Source of the DNA: Oscillospiraceae bacterium
GTDB taxonomy: Bacteria > Bacillota > Clostridia > Oscillospirales > Acutalibacteraceae
DNA length: 64,000 bases
Direction of reading: 5' to 3'
Assembly (NCBI GenBank): GCA_015065795.1
Contig: SVPO01000001.1
Span: forward strand, 4,453 to 68,452
Below, piece after piece: positions 27,173 through 36,132 of the stretch (positions are counted from its first letter, which is position 1; every line of letters starts with the position of its first letter). The notes beneath the pieces are model-generated. The model worked only from the letters and a program-made list of their open reading frames with translations. It was not told where the DNA came from and searched no databases. The position numbers and the translations under genes were made by a program.

Positions 27173-27862
27173 ATGAAGAAGTCCATCAGGAGAATCCTCT
27201 GCGGTCTTGCGGCTGTGCTCATGCTGTGCAGCGCGGCTGCCTGCGGCTCGGAGCCGGAGCAGAGCAATGACTTTGCCGGCACTTCCACCACCACGACCGC
27301 CGCTGTTCAGGAACCCACCGGAACCGGCTTCAGTCTCAATCACGCGGTTGCCGAGGGCTTCGGACTTGGTACCGATACCCTTGACGATATCCGCATCCGC
27401 TTCGGCGAGCCCACCTCTGTGGACACGCAGGAATTCACCGCCCTGACCATCGTCACTGCAGAATATCCCTTTGGTCACCTTATCTTCAACGGCGGCAAGG
27501 ACAGCAAGCCTGTTCTCACCGAGGTGAGCGTCAGCCCCGTGGAGGGCACGGTATTCTATGCCCCCACCGGTATCCCCTTCGGCACCACTGCCGACGTTGC
27601 CGTGGAGACCATCTACACCGGAAGCGCGGCTATGCTGGGCGGCAACTACGAGCAGGATGTGACCTTCTACGGTGACGGCTTTACCGCTCCCAGCGGCAGA
27701 TTTGTCTGGCTGACCGCCGAGTTTGTCACCACCTCCACCACCGCTCGCTACGCCGCGGAGTATATCGCCCCCGGCTACGCCGACGGTGCCAGTGCCAAAA
27801 TGACCCTCTATTTCAATACCGACGGACAGCTTATCAATTACACCTTGTTATACGTCGGTTGA
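27173..27862 (+). CDS. lipoprotein, hypothetical
   Basis: CGGAGG RBS. Signal peptide with lipobox-like CSAAAC|G. 12 nt after nagA. Confidence 0.65.
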   Translation: MKKSIRRILCGLAAVLMLCSAAACGSEPEQSNDFAGTSTTTTAAVQEPTGTGFSLNHAVAEGFGLGTDTLDDIRIRFGEPTSVDTQEFTALTIVTAEYPFGHLIFNGGKDSKPVLTEVSVSPVEGTVFYAPTGIPFGTTADVAVETIYTGSAAMLGGNYEQDVTFYGDGFTAPSGRFVWLTAEFVTTSTTARYAAEYIAPGYADGASAKMTLYFNTDGQLINYTLLYVG

Positions 27863-27876
27863 TAATTACAAAAATT

Positions 27877-27918
27877 CGCCCGAAACGACCCTGTGCGGAC
27901 GTTTCGGGCGGTGTTTTT
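27877..27918 (+). terminator. intrinsic terminator
   Basis: CGCCCGAAACG/CGTTTCGGGCG stem followed by GTGTTTTT. Confidence 0.75.
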
Positions 27919-27955
27919 CCTGCTGATAATACGATAGAAAAAGGAGCTGTCTCCT

Positions 27956-28468
27956 ATGCTGTGTGACGACATCCGATTCCTTACCGAGCGTGCCATCTGG
28001 GAAACGGAAAATCTGATGAAATGCGTGCCCGATCGGCTGTGGCACAAACGATATGACGCCATCCCCATGTGGAAGTATCTCTATCACATGATGTACTCCA
28101 TGGACAGGTGGTATATCAATCCCTGCGACCCTGACTACCGCGATCCGGATTTTCATATGCCCGGGCTGAACGATCTGAACGTCATTCCCGGGAATGAAAC
28201 GGTGGAGCGCGCTCAGCTTGAGGAATATCTCGCTCACATTCGCCGAAAGATCGGCGATTATCTCGATGCTCTGACCGACGATGAGCTTACAGAAGCTCCG
28301 CAGGGCTGCGACATGAGCCGCATGCGCCTTATCATGGGGCAGATACGCCACTGGCATCGGCACATGGGCATTGTCTACGGCTTCATCATCGCCGACGACG
28401 GCAAGTGGCCCTATGTGCTCAATATGTGCGGACAGTACCCCGAGGACCCCATGCCCAATTACTATTGA
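27956..28468 (+). CDS. DinB-superfamily-like protein
   Basis: AAAGGAG RBS. 170 aa, helical, with conserved-looking His pattern (YHMMYSMDRW ... GQIRHWHRHMG). Confidence 0.5.
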   Translation: MLCDDIRFLTERAIWETENLMKCVPDRLWHKRYDAIPMWKYLYHMMYSMDRWYINPCDPDYRDPDFHMPGLNDLNVIPGNETVERAQLEEYLAHIRRKIGDYLDALTDDELTEAPQGCDMSRMRLIMGQIRHWHRHMGIVYGFIIADDGKWPYVLNMCGQYPEDPMPNYY

Positions 28469-28491
28469 TCGCCCATAGGAAACATCAGCAG

Positions 28492-28531
28492 CCCCGACCC
28501 GTGACGATGCTCACAGGTCGGGGCGTTTTTT
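28492..28531 (+). terminator. intrinsic terminator between convergent genes
   Basis: CCCCGACC/GGTCGGGG stem followed by CGTTTTTT. Confidence 0.7.
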
Positions 28532-28537
28532 GCGCTC

Positions 28538-29230
28538 TTAGTCTTCCACGGCGATGCATACGTCCATGTAATCCACGCCGTCGATGCTGTATTCCTTTTC
28601 AAAGCAGGGAATGACACCTTCTCCCCTGTGCTGTATCCCGTTTGCCCTCATATAGGCATCCAGCGCCTTGTAGGCGTTCGGTATGATGGTGAAAGGCGCA
28701 GAAAAGGGATCCCTGATGGTGATGGCGATGTATTTCTGCGCTTCCTGACGGATGACCTCTGCGGCAATATCGGTGGGTTCCACGCCGTCCTCAAGGATGA
28801 GCGCTGCTGCATAGCCGTGCATATTGTGTACGTTGATCTGTTCCTGTGACAGCACGGGGAAATCCCAGCCGATTATCCGCGGAGCGGCAATATTGAGGGA
28901 TTCCGCCCATTTGCGCACGTGGTCTATGGCGTCCGATTCAGGCTCGGTGCTGATGACGGCATATCTGATGTAACGGAACGCGTCCACCTGCTCGATACGG
29001 ATATCGGAATACGCCTCGTCATAAACGCCCATATCCTCGCGAATGAGCTGATCCATGGTGCAGGAAAACAGCCGGCACAGTTCCAGCACCTTTTCCATTT
29101 CGGGATACGCCATATCCAGCTCCCATTTTGACACGGTCTGACGTGATACGCCCATTCTTTCCGCAAGGTCCTCCTGCGTCATGGTGTTTCTCATCTTTCT
29201 GAGAAACTGAAGATTTTTGCCGAAGCTCAT
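28538..29230 (-). CDS. XRE-type HTH regulator fused to a GyrI-like/effector-binding domain
   Basis: MSFGKNLQFLRKMRNTMTQEDLAERMGVSRQTVSKWE HTH, plus a C-terminal ~150-aa small-molecule-binding-like domain. Start taken at the ATG 9 nt inside the track's GTG. Confidence 0.75.
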   Translation of the reverse strand: MSFGKNLQFLRKMRNTMTQEDLAERMGVSRQTVSKWELDMAYPEMEKVLELCRLFSCTMDQLIREDMGVYDEAYSDIRIEQVDAFRYIRYAVISTEPESDAIDHVRKWAESLNIAAPRIIGWDFPVLSQEQINVHNMHGYAAALILEDGVEPTDIAAEVIRQEAQKYIAITIRDPFSAPFTIIPNAYKALDAYMRANGIQHRGEGVIPCFEKEYSIDGVDYMDVCIAVED

Positions 29231-29264
29231 GCTCTCCACCTGCTTTCTTGTTGTCTGTGTTCAC

Positions 29265-29273
29265 ATTATAGCA
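29265..29273 (-). promoter_or_regulatory. extended -10 (TGCTATAAT) for the XRE-GyrI-like gene
   Basis: Minus strand reads TGCTATAAT 35 nt upstream of the ATG. The -35 is weak. Confidence 0.5.
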
Positions 29274-29387
29274 CGTCACGGGGCGTATTCCACCAACCGC
29301 GCGGCGCGTTTTGCCGACGATGCGCAACCGCAGGGTGCGCGGTGAGATATCTCCCTTTTCCGATTTGTGCCGATTATGCCTTTTGGC

Positions 29388-29415
29388 TTGACTTTTCGTG
29401 ACAAAGGTCTACAAT
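29388..29415 (+). promoter_or_regulatory. candidate azlCD promoter
   Basis: TTGACT - 16 nt - TACAAT. Confidence 0.4.
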
Positions 29416-29453
29416 AGATAATTGATTTTTCAGACATCGGGTGACTGTATAAT

Positions 29454-30164
29454 ATGAAACACAGCAAATCGGCGACTGTTCGGTACGCCATGAAAAAATC
29501 CCTTCCGGTGCTGTTCGGCTATCTGTTTCTCGGATCGGCGTTCGGCATCATGCTCTACGAGGCAGGCTACAGCGTGGGCTGGGCGGTGATCATCTCCCTG
29601 CTGGTGTATGCAGGTTCGGGCCAGTTCCTGCTGGTGTCCATGATAACCTCCTGCGCCTCTCTGCCCACGACGGCGCTGATGACCCTGTTCATCAATTCCC
29701 GGCATATGTTCTACGGGCTTTCCTTTGTGCAGAAGTTCAGGCAGGGCGGCTGGCGCTATCCATTTATGATCTTCACCCTCACCGACGAGACCTATTCGGT
29801 GAACGTGTCCATCAACGATGTGCCCGAGGGCGTGGACGAGATAAAGGCGCGGTATCTCATCGGCGAATTCAACCACTTCTACTGGATCCTCGGGTCGGTG
29901 ACCGGTTCGCTGCTGGGTATGAGCATCCCCTTTGACCTGACGGGCATCGATTTTTCCATGACGGCACTGTTCGTGATCATCTTCATCGATCTGATGCGCG
30001 ATCTGAACAGCCGGCTGTGCGGACTGTTGGGCATCACTGTTGCTGTGGTGTGCATCCTATGCTTCGGCTATGATAATTTCCTGCTCCCGGCACTTATCTT
30101 CACTGTTCTGCTGCTGTTCGCTCTGCAGCCTGTGCTGGGCAGAAAGGAGGCGGAGGAGGAATGA
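29454..30164 (+). CDS. azlC: AzlC-family branched-chain amino acid exporter subunit
   Basis: SLPVLFGYLFLGSAFGI..., SLLVYAGSGQF; about 236 aa polytopic. No obvious SD at the track ATG. Confidence 0.85.
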   Translation: MKHSKSATVRYAMKKSLPVLFGYLFLGSAFGIMLYEAGYSVGWAVIISLLVYAGSGQFLLVSMITSCASLPTTALMTLFINSRHMFYGLSFVQKFRQGGWRYPFMIFTLTDETYSVNVSINDVPEGVDEIKARYLIGEFNHFYWILGSVTGSLLGMSIPFDLTGIDFSMTALFVIIFIDLMRDLNSRLCGLLGITVAVVCILCFGYDNFLLPALIFTVLLLFALQPVLGRKEAEEE

Positions 30165-30487
30165 CCACCGGATTTCTCATTGCCACCATCCTTGTGGCGG
30201 CGGTATGCACCTTTGCCACCCGAGCGGTGCCCTTTGTGCTGTTCGGCGGCAAAAAGGAACCGCCTAAGGTGGTTATCTATCTTGGTAAGATCCTGCCCGT
30301 TGCCATTCTGGGCATCCTGATAGTCTACGGCATCGGGGATTTCTCCGCCCTTGAGTGGACCTCGCTGCTGCCCAAGCTGATCGGCGTGGCACTGACCGCC
30401 GTGATGCATCTGTGGAAGCGCAGCGTGCTGCTGAGCATCTCGGTGGGTACTATCGGATATATGCTGCTGATTAATTTTGTGTTCTAG
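30161..30487 (+). CDS. azlD: AzlD-family branched-chain amino acid transport protein
   Basis: ATGA overlap with azlC, GGAGGAGGA RBS, 108 aa, 3-4 TM. Confidence 0.8.
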   Translation: MTTGFLIATILVAAVCTFATRAVPFVLFGGKKEPPKVVIYLGKILPVAILGILIVYGIGDFSALEWTSLLPKLIGVALTAVMHLWKRSVLLSISVGTIGYMLLINFVF

Positions 30488-30550
30488 CTTTTGCCCTTGC
30501 AAATCGCGGCGGTTCTGGTATAATAAAGCCACGGGTGAGCACCTACCGAA

Positions 30551-30578
30551 AGTCAGGCTATTGCAGCCTGACTTTTTG
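30551..30578 (+). terminator. intrinsic terminator after azlD
   Basis: AGTCAGGCT/AGCCTGACT 9-bp stem followed by TTTTT. Confidence 0.75.
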
Positions 30579-30597
30579 TTTTGAGGAGGATAATCAA

Positions 30598-31023
30598 ATG
30601 TGGAATATGATCTGGCCTGTGCTGATCGTTGTGGCGGCAAACACGCTCTATAACATCTCGGCAAAATCCACGCCGGAGGAGATAAACTCCTTTGCGTCCC
30701 TTGCCATATCCTATGTTGTGGCGGCGGTGTGTTCGCTGATCCTGTATTTTGTCACTGCGGAAAACAGGAATATCTTTGCCGAGATAGGCAAAACAAACTG
30801 GTCGACTCTCGCACTGGGCGCGGCGATAGTAGGGCTGGAATTCGGCTATATCTGCATCTATCGCGCCGGGTGGAAGGTAAGTGTCGCCTCGCTGGTGGCA
30901 AATATCTCCCTCGCCTGCGTGCTGCTTATTGTGGGGCTGCTGATGTACAAGGAGGTGCTGTCCCTGCGGCAGGCAGTGGGCATGGGGCTGTGCGCCGTTG
31001 GTATGATACTGATGGTAAAATGA
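30598..31023 (+). CDS. small EamA/DMT-like membrane transporter (single 4-5 TM module)
   Basis: Track ORF trimmed to MWNMIWP (GAGGAGGA RBS, after the terminator). 141 aa. Confidence 0.6.
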   Translation: MWNMIWPVLIVVAANTLYNISAKSTPEEINSFASLAISYVVAAVCSLILYFVTAENRNIFAEIGKTNWSTLALGAAIVGLEFGYICIYRAGWKVSVASLVANISLACVLLIVGLLMYKEVLSLRQAVGMGLCAVGMILMVK

Positions 31024-31028
31024 CGCAG

Positions 31029-31063
31029 AAAGGACGCTGTCCGCAGTGGGCAGCGTCCTTTTG
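31029..31063. terminator. bidirectional terminator between convergent genes
   Basis: AGGACGCTG/CAGCGTCCT stem flanked by AAA and TTTT. Confidence 0.7.
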
Positions 31064-31109
31064 TATCATATCAGGCTGCGTTTCGGTAAACGAGCTCTGA
31101 CTTCCTCGG

Positions 31110-32405
31110 TCAGTCCCTTGGCAGACGCACACGGAAGATGGAGCCGGAACCGGGTGTGCTTTCCACGGCGACGCTGCCGCCCGAGAGCTCCACCACGCGC
31201 TTGACAAGCGCCAGACCCAGTCCGTTGCCCTCGCCGCTGCGGGAGCTGTCTCCCTGATAGAAGCGCTCAAAGACGCGCGATGCGACCTCCGGGGTCATGC
31301 CGCAGCCGTCGTCCTCCACCTCCACCTGGATGTCGTCCAGCAGCTCGGTGGCACGAACGGTGATATGCCCGTGTTCGGGAGTGTAGCGGATGGCGTTGGT
31401 GAGGAGATTCATCCACACCTCGCCCAGCAGCTCCTTGTTGCCGCTGACGGTGATGCTGTCCACCTCGACCTCCATCTCGATACTCTTAGCCTCCCACTGG
31501 GATGCCAGCAGCACGATGGTTCGCCGCAGCTGCTCGTCAAGGGAATACTCGGCAACATTGGTCATTGCCGAGGCATTGTCAAGACGGGTAAGCTGGAGAA
31601 TACTTGCCGACAGACGGGCAAGCCGTTCGCTTTCCTCGGCGATTATGGCAGCATATTCCCTGCGCTGCTCATCGCCGAGATCCTCATTCTGCATTAGCTT
31701 TGCAAAGCCGTTTATGGACGCAAGGGGCGTTTTGAACTCATGGGAAACATTGTTGACAAAATCCTTCTGCAGGGTCTCGGTGCTGCCAAGATCTCGTGTC
31801 ATGCGGTTGAAGTTGTCCACCAGCTCGCGCATCTCTGCGTTTTTGGGTACCGAAACGCGCACGTTGAAGTTGCCCCTGGAAATGATCTTGATCGCCTTGT
31901 TAAGTTCTCTGATGGGACGCAGGAAGCGTTTTCCGGCAAGGGCTGCCATGAAGGTGCCCAGCAGCAGCGCCGACACCGCCGACAGCACAAGGGATATCAC
32001 GGTCTGCCACACCACCGATGTATCCGGCGTGTTGGAAATGCGGTAGTAGTTGCCGTTGAGCATGACGTATGTGGCTTTGACCGACGGGAATCCCCACGTC
32101 TCCTCGCAGAGGATCTCCCCGGCATCCAGCCGCGGTTTATTCTTTGCCACATAGGCATTGGTATCATCCACACGGCGCACGTTGTAGGAGTCAAAGACAC
32201 CGATGCCCTCGGTTTCGACGATATTGCCGAATTCGTCGGTATCCAGCGTGAGCAGCGCCTCTGCAGTGACCTCCTGCGCCTTCCTGACGTCATCCTTCAG
32301 GGTATGGTTGAGGAACATTACCGATGCGCCGCTGGTTATCGCCGTTGCGGCAAGCATTATCAGAAAGAAATACACCACAAACCTGAATCCCATGTTCCGG
32401 TTCAT
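31110..32405 (-). CDS. sensor histidine kinase (2 TM, HAMP, HisKA, HATPase_c)
   Basis: H-box SHEFKTPLASI, N-box LLTNAIRYT, DDGCGM and GNGLGLAL. GGGAGG RBS. Confidence 0.9.
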   Translation of the reverse strand: MNRNMGFRFVVYFFLIMLAATAITSGASVMFLNHTLKDDVRKAQEVTAEALLTLDTDEFGNIVETEGIGVFDSYNVRRVDDTNAYVAKNKPRLDAGEILCEETWGFPSVKATYVMLNGNYYRISNTPDTSVVWQTVISLVLSAVSALLLGTFMAALAGKRFLRPIRELNKAIKIISRGNFNVRVSVPKNAEMRELVDNFNRMTRDLGSTETLQKDFVNNVSHEFKTPLASINGFAKLMQNEDLGDEQRREYAAIIAEESERLARLSASILQLTRLDNASAMTNVAEYSLDEQLRRTIVLLASQWEAKSIEMEVEVDSITVSGNKELLGEVWMNLLTNAIRYTPEHGHITVRATELLDDIQVEVEDDGCGMTPEVASRVFERFYQGDSSRSGEGNGLGLALVKRVVELSGGSVAVESTPGSGSIFRVRLPRD

Positions 32406-32442
32406 AAATCAGCCTCCCAGATACCGAATGATCGCTGTTCCG

Positions 32443-33117
32443 TCACGCGTTTCTGACCGCCTTGTATCCCAGTCCGCGCACGGTCATAATCTCAAACTCC
32501 TGCCAGTTTTCGTAGCGCTCGCGCAGACGGCGGATGTGCACGTCCACTGTTCGCTCGTCCACGTCGGTCTCCATGCCCCAGATCTCGTCGATGAGCTGGC
32601 GGCGTGTGAATATCATGTCAGGATAGGAAAGAAGCATGAACAGCAGGTAGAATTCCTTTTTGGGCAGGGTCTCGCTGTAATCTCCGCGGCTGACCGACAG
32701 CGCGTTGTAGTCCAGCACCACGTCGCCCACCGTCAGGCGGTGCTCATTGGCTATCTGAGCACGGCGCAGCAGGGCGCGCACGCGCAGCACCAGTTCCCCG
32801 ATGTCTATGGGCTTGACCATGTAATCGTCCACGCCCAGACTGAATCCACGTTCTTTGTTGGTAAAGCCCTCAAGGGCGGTGATGATGAGAATGGGAAGAT
32901 TCATGCGTGCGTCGCGGATCGCCTCCGTCAGCTGAAAACCGTCAGTGTTGGGCATCATCACATCGGTCACCACAAGGTCGATGCTCTCGGTGTCCATTAT
33001 CTCCAGCGCGCGGTCACCGTCACAGGCGGTGAGCACACGATAGCCTTCTCTCTGGAGTGCCGCTTCGATCAGCTTGCGCTGATTGCGGTCGTCCTCTGCA
33101 ACAAGAATGTTGAACAT
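32443..33117 (-). CDS. OmpR-family response regulator
   Basis: ILVAEDD, DLVVTDVMMP, and the winged-helix motifs RRLRERY and TVRGLGYK. Confidence 0.9.
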   Translation of the reverse strand: MFNILVAEDDRNQRKLIEAALQREGYRVLTACDGDRALEIMDTESIDLVVTDVMMPNTDGFQLTEAIRDARMNLPILIITALEGFTNKERGFSLGVDDYMVKPIDIGELVLRVRALLRRAQIANEHRLTVGDVVLDYNALSVSRGDYSETLPKKEFYLLFMLLSYPDMIFTRRQLIDEIWGMETDVDERTVDVHIRRLRERYENWQEFEIMTVRGLGYKAVRNA

Positions 33118-33210
33118 TTCCGATTCCTCCGAGTTTTATGACTGGGGTAATATTACAAAACGTAATGCCGGCTGCCAGCTGTTCTGCTTGGCAACCGGCA
33201 TAATTTCTGA

Positions 33211-33597
33211 TCATTTGTCCCTGCGGTTGTTCTGCCCCGGGCGGTTCATCGGCCCGAAGGGCGGACGGGGACGGGTTCCCTGATTCATCTGATTGATCTT
33301 TGCGGAAAGATCCTTTATGGCGACGTCCTTTACCGCCTGCTCGATGGTATGCTTGAGGCTTCCCGGCATACGGTAGGCCTCGGAACGTCCGGACGCAGAC
33401 ACGCTGCCCGAATAGAAGCCGTGATCCACATGGGATCGGGTTCCGGAGCGATTGTCTGTCTTTCGGTTGAGACGAACGTCGGTGCTGCTCTCGATGCGGT
33501 AGGTGGTGCCTGCGCCTGCCTTTTTGTAGCTGGCAGTGACGCCGCTGTAGCACAGGATACCGCCGAGGACACCGGCGAGGATGGCAATGAGGATCAT
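33211..33597 (-). CDS. small N-terminally anchored protein with basic Pro/Arg-rich tail (positional analogue of YdjH)
   Basis: ATGA overlap with the upstream gene. TM MILIAILAGVLGGILCY. 128 aa. Confidence 0.55.
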   Translation of the reverse strand: MILIAILAGVLGGILCYSGVTASYKKAGAGTTYRIESSTDVRLNRKTDNRSGTRSHVDHGFYSGSVSASGRSEAYRMPGSLKHTIEQAVKDVAIKDLSAKINQMNQGTRPRPPFGPMNRPGQNNRRDK

Positions 33598-34715
33598 ACG
33601 TCACTACCTCCCAACATCATCAAAACGAAGAACGCAAGCACCGCTGCGGCGATACCTGCGGCTATGCTCACCAGCGTCAGCTTGAGGCGGTTGACCGGCA
33701 GTTCACCGAACGCCTTGCCGGTCTGGCCGTTGACGCCGTACATGAATATCTTCTCTCCGAAGCAGTATGTCACCACCCACACGGGCAGCAGGGCATATCT
33801 CCACTGCTCGCCGTTGGTGTTAAGGTGAACGGCTTCAGAGAACAGACGAGAGTATCCGCCCACATCCTGCCTTAGCAGCTGAAGGGTAAGATCCTTCTTG
33901 GTTTCCTCGATCTGGGGCTGCAGGTCTTTCTTTTCAAGATTGCGCTTTTCGGCACGGAAGCCGGAAAGGTAGGTCATGGAGAAGGGCTGAGCCTTGCCCA
34001 GTTCAAAGGGCAGAATGTAATCCAGAATCTCCGACTCCTTGTTTTTGATGGCAGAACCGGTCATATCGCGCAGGGAAAGGTCGCCGTCACGCTCCACATC
34101 GTAAACCGTGACGTGAATGATGCGGTCGTCGCCCTGACGGGTAACACGCTCCACCTCGCCCTTGGCGGTGTAGCTGCCGGAAACCTCCGAGTCCACTATC
34201 CAATAAGGATAGTACACGCCGTAGAGGTTCTGTATCTGCTCCTCGGAGTAGAAGTTCCTGGGCAGGAAGAATCTGCCCTGACAGTGCTTGCGGAACTGCT
34301 CCGCAGCCTGTTCTTTTGTGAGTACAAATGGTATTACCACGTCGGGTTTATACTCTCCGGACAGCTTTCCGGACAGCACCACCGGGTTGTGGCAGTAGTG
34401 GCAGCTGGTGGCTGCTGTTGTGGCGTCGGTTATTACCTCCGCTCCGCAGTTGGGGCAGGAATAGATCACTGCTTCGCCGCTCTGCTCGCTCTCGCTTTCG
34501 GGCTGCGCGGCAGCTCCGGCGGTCTGGTCGGACTGGCTTCCCTGCGGAATCGGATCGGTCTGCACCGTATCAGCCTCAGCCACATTGACAGCATCCAGCT
34601 GCTCCTGAGTGAACACCGACAGACAGTATTCACACTTGAAGCCCTTGCCCGGGTGGAATTTCATTCCACCGCCGCAGCTGGGGCATTTATAGCTAAGAAT
34701 CTGATTGTTGCTCAT
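33594..34715 (-). CDS. zinc-ribbon protein with C-terminal TM anchor (YdjG/TFIIB-type zinc-ribbon-like)
   Basis: CPSCGG..CEYC and CPNCGA..CHYCHN ribbons, C-terminal TM LTLVSIAAGIAAAVLAFFVLMML. 14 nt after the SPFH gene. Confidence 0.7.
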   Translation of the reverse strand: MSNNQILSYKCPSCGGGMKFHPGKGFKCEYCLSVFTQEQLDAVNVAEADTVQTDPIPQGSQSDQTAGAAAQPESESEQSGEAVIYSCPNCGAEVITDATTAATSCHYCHNPVVLSGKLSGEYKPDVVIPFVLTKEQAAEQFRKHCQGRFFLPRNFYSEEQIQNLYGVYYPYWIVDSEVSGSYTAKGEVERVTRQGDDRIIHVTVYDVERDGDLSLRDMTGSAIKNKESEILDYILPFELGKAQPFSMTYLSGFRAEKRNLEKKDLQPQIEETKKDLTLQLLRQDVGGYSRLFSEAVHLNTNGEQWRYALLPVWVVTYCFGEKIFMYGVNGQTGKAFGELPVNRLKLTLVSIAAGIAAAVLAFFVLMMLGGSDV

Positions 34716-34729
34716 GGGGTATTGCCGTA

Positions 34730-36031
34730 TCAGAACTTATGGCCGCACTCGGAGCAGAACTTGGGCTGCTTTTCAAAGGTCTGACCGCACTGGGGGCAGA
34801 CGGGCTGAGCGGCAGGACGGGCAGCGCCACATTCGGAGCAGAACTTGCCGGTGTTTTCGCTGCCGCAGGAGCACTTCCATGCGTCGGCGGCTGCGTTCTG
34901 AGGACGGGCAGAGCCGCACTCGGAGCAGAACTTGCCGGTGTTCTCGTTGCCGCAGGAGCACTTCCAGCCGTCAGCTGCCTTGGACGCCTCGGCAGCCTGC
35001 TGAGCGGCAGCAGCCTGCTGAGCAGCCTGATTCTGCATGGCTGCCTGATTGCTGGCAGAGGCGGCACCCATGAAGCTTCCGCCCATGTTCATGCCCATAC
35101 CCATGCCCACAAAGCCTGCGGTGGAGCCGGCGGAGTTGCTGCCGGCGGCGTTGATGCCCTCGGCAACGGTGCTCTGGATGTAGCCCTCGCGGATATTTGC
35201 ATCGCCCATCATTGCGCCCTTGTTGCGCATCTCGATGAGCTTCTTGGATTCGTCGTCATAGGAGATGCTGGCGATACCCACCGACTGGATCTCCATACCG
35301 CGCTTCTGATTCCATTCCTCGTCCATGGCGTCTGCCATGTACTTGGAGAGCTCGCGGCTCTTGGAGGTCAGGTAGGAAATGCGGATACCGTCGGCAGACA
35401 TACGGTTCATGGAGGACTGGAGGCAGTCCATGAACTCGGCGTAATACTGCTCGTTGATGTCGTTGATGTCAACCTTGTCCTTGTTCTTGGGAATAGCCTC
35501 AGCGTAGAACAGCAGGGGGTTGGTGATCTTGATGGAGTAGTTGCCGTGAGCGCGCACAAACAGCTCGGCGTTATAGAAGGCGTCAAAGTAGTTGACGGGA
35601 TTGGCGGTGCCGAACTTGATGCCCTTGATCTCCTGCAGGTTGATGAAGTAAACTCTCTGGGCGGAGGAAGGAGTGCCTCCGAACTTGATACGATCCCAGA
35701 TGTCCTTGAACATATCACCGAACTGACCGTTGAACAGGGAGGGCATGGAGGAATTGTTGACCTCATAGTAACCCGGCTCTGCGGTGTAGTCGACGATCTT
35801 GCCGCCGTCGGTGAGGATCATGAACTGGTTGTGACCGACATGGATGCGGGAACCGTTGGAAACGGTGTCAACGGTGCGCTTTTTGTTGCCCTGACGCTTG
35901 TCGCCGGAATGAACCAGCGTGCCGCGGCAGAACAGCGTGCTGTCGCCCATGTCCGAACATTCGATGGCCTCCAGCCATGAATCGGCGAGAGTTCCTCCGA
36001 TGGCACTGAGTGCAACCTTGATAATACCCAT
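34730..36031 (-). CDS. SPFH-domain protein of the YdjI / 'virion core protein-like' type with three C-terminal zinc-ribbon motifs
   Basis: Track ORF trimmed to MGIIKVAL. YdjI-like N-terminal region, Gly/Met/Ala/Gln-rich linker, WKCSCGxENTGKFCSECG x2 plus CPQCG..FCSECG. Confidence 0.75.
   Translation of the reverse strand: MGIIKVALSAIGGTLADSWLEAIECSDMGDSTLFCRGTLVHSGDKRQGNKKRTVDTVSNGSRIHVGHNQFMILTDGGKIVDYTAEPGYYEVNNSSMPSLFNGQFGDMFKDIWDRIKFGGTPSSAQRVYFINLQEIKGIKFGTANPVNYFDAFYNAELFVRAHGNYSIKITNPLLFYAEAIPKNKDKVDINDINEQYYAEFMDCLQSSMNRMSADGIRISYLTSKSRELSKYMADAMDEEWNQKRGMEIQSVGIASISYDDESKKLIEMRNKGAMMGDANIREGYIQSTVAEGINAAGSNSAGSTAGFVGMGMGMNMGGSFMGAASASNQAAMQNQAAQQAAAAQQAAEASKAADGWKCSCGNENTGKFCSECGSARPQNAAADAWKCSCGSENTGKFCSECGAARPAAQPVCPQCGQTFEKQPKFCSECGHKF
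34815..34972 (-). repeat. 87-bp-period direct repeat encoding the duplicated zinc ribbon
   Basis: 34815-34885 versus 34902-34972 match at 64 of 71 positions by my alignment. A third partial copy lies at 34741-34775. Confidence 0.8.
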
Positions 36032-36132
36032 AATCGTCACCACGGGCGCCCGCGGAAAAGCCCTGTCCGCTCCATGCACCCGATCCTTTCTTTTTGATTG
36101 CGCAAGTTCGCATACCTGCACATTATGATTAT

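Noticed and set aside
26075-27478. 467-aa minus-strand ORF antisense to nagA, and similar ones at 50906..51868, 51771..53090, 24548..25720 and 10150..11334.
   Set aside because: These are shadow ORFs opposite genes with clear catalytic motifs. They have no RBS and biased G/A/D/V/H composition.
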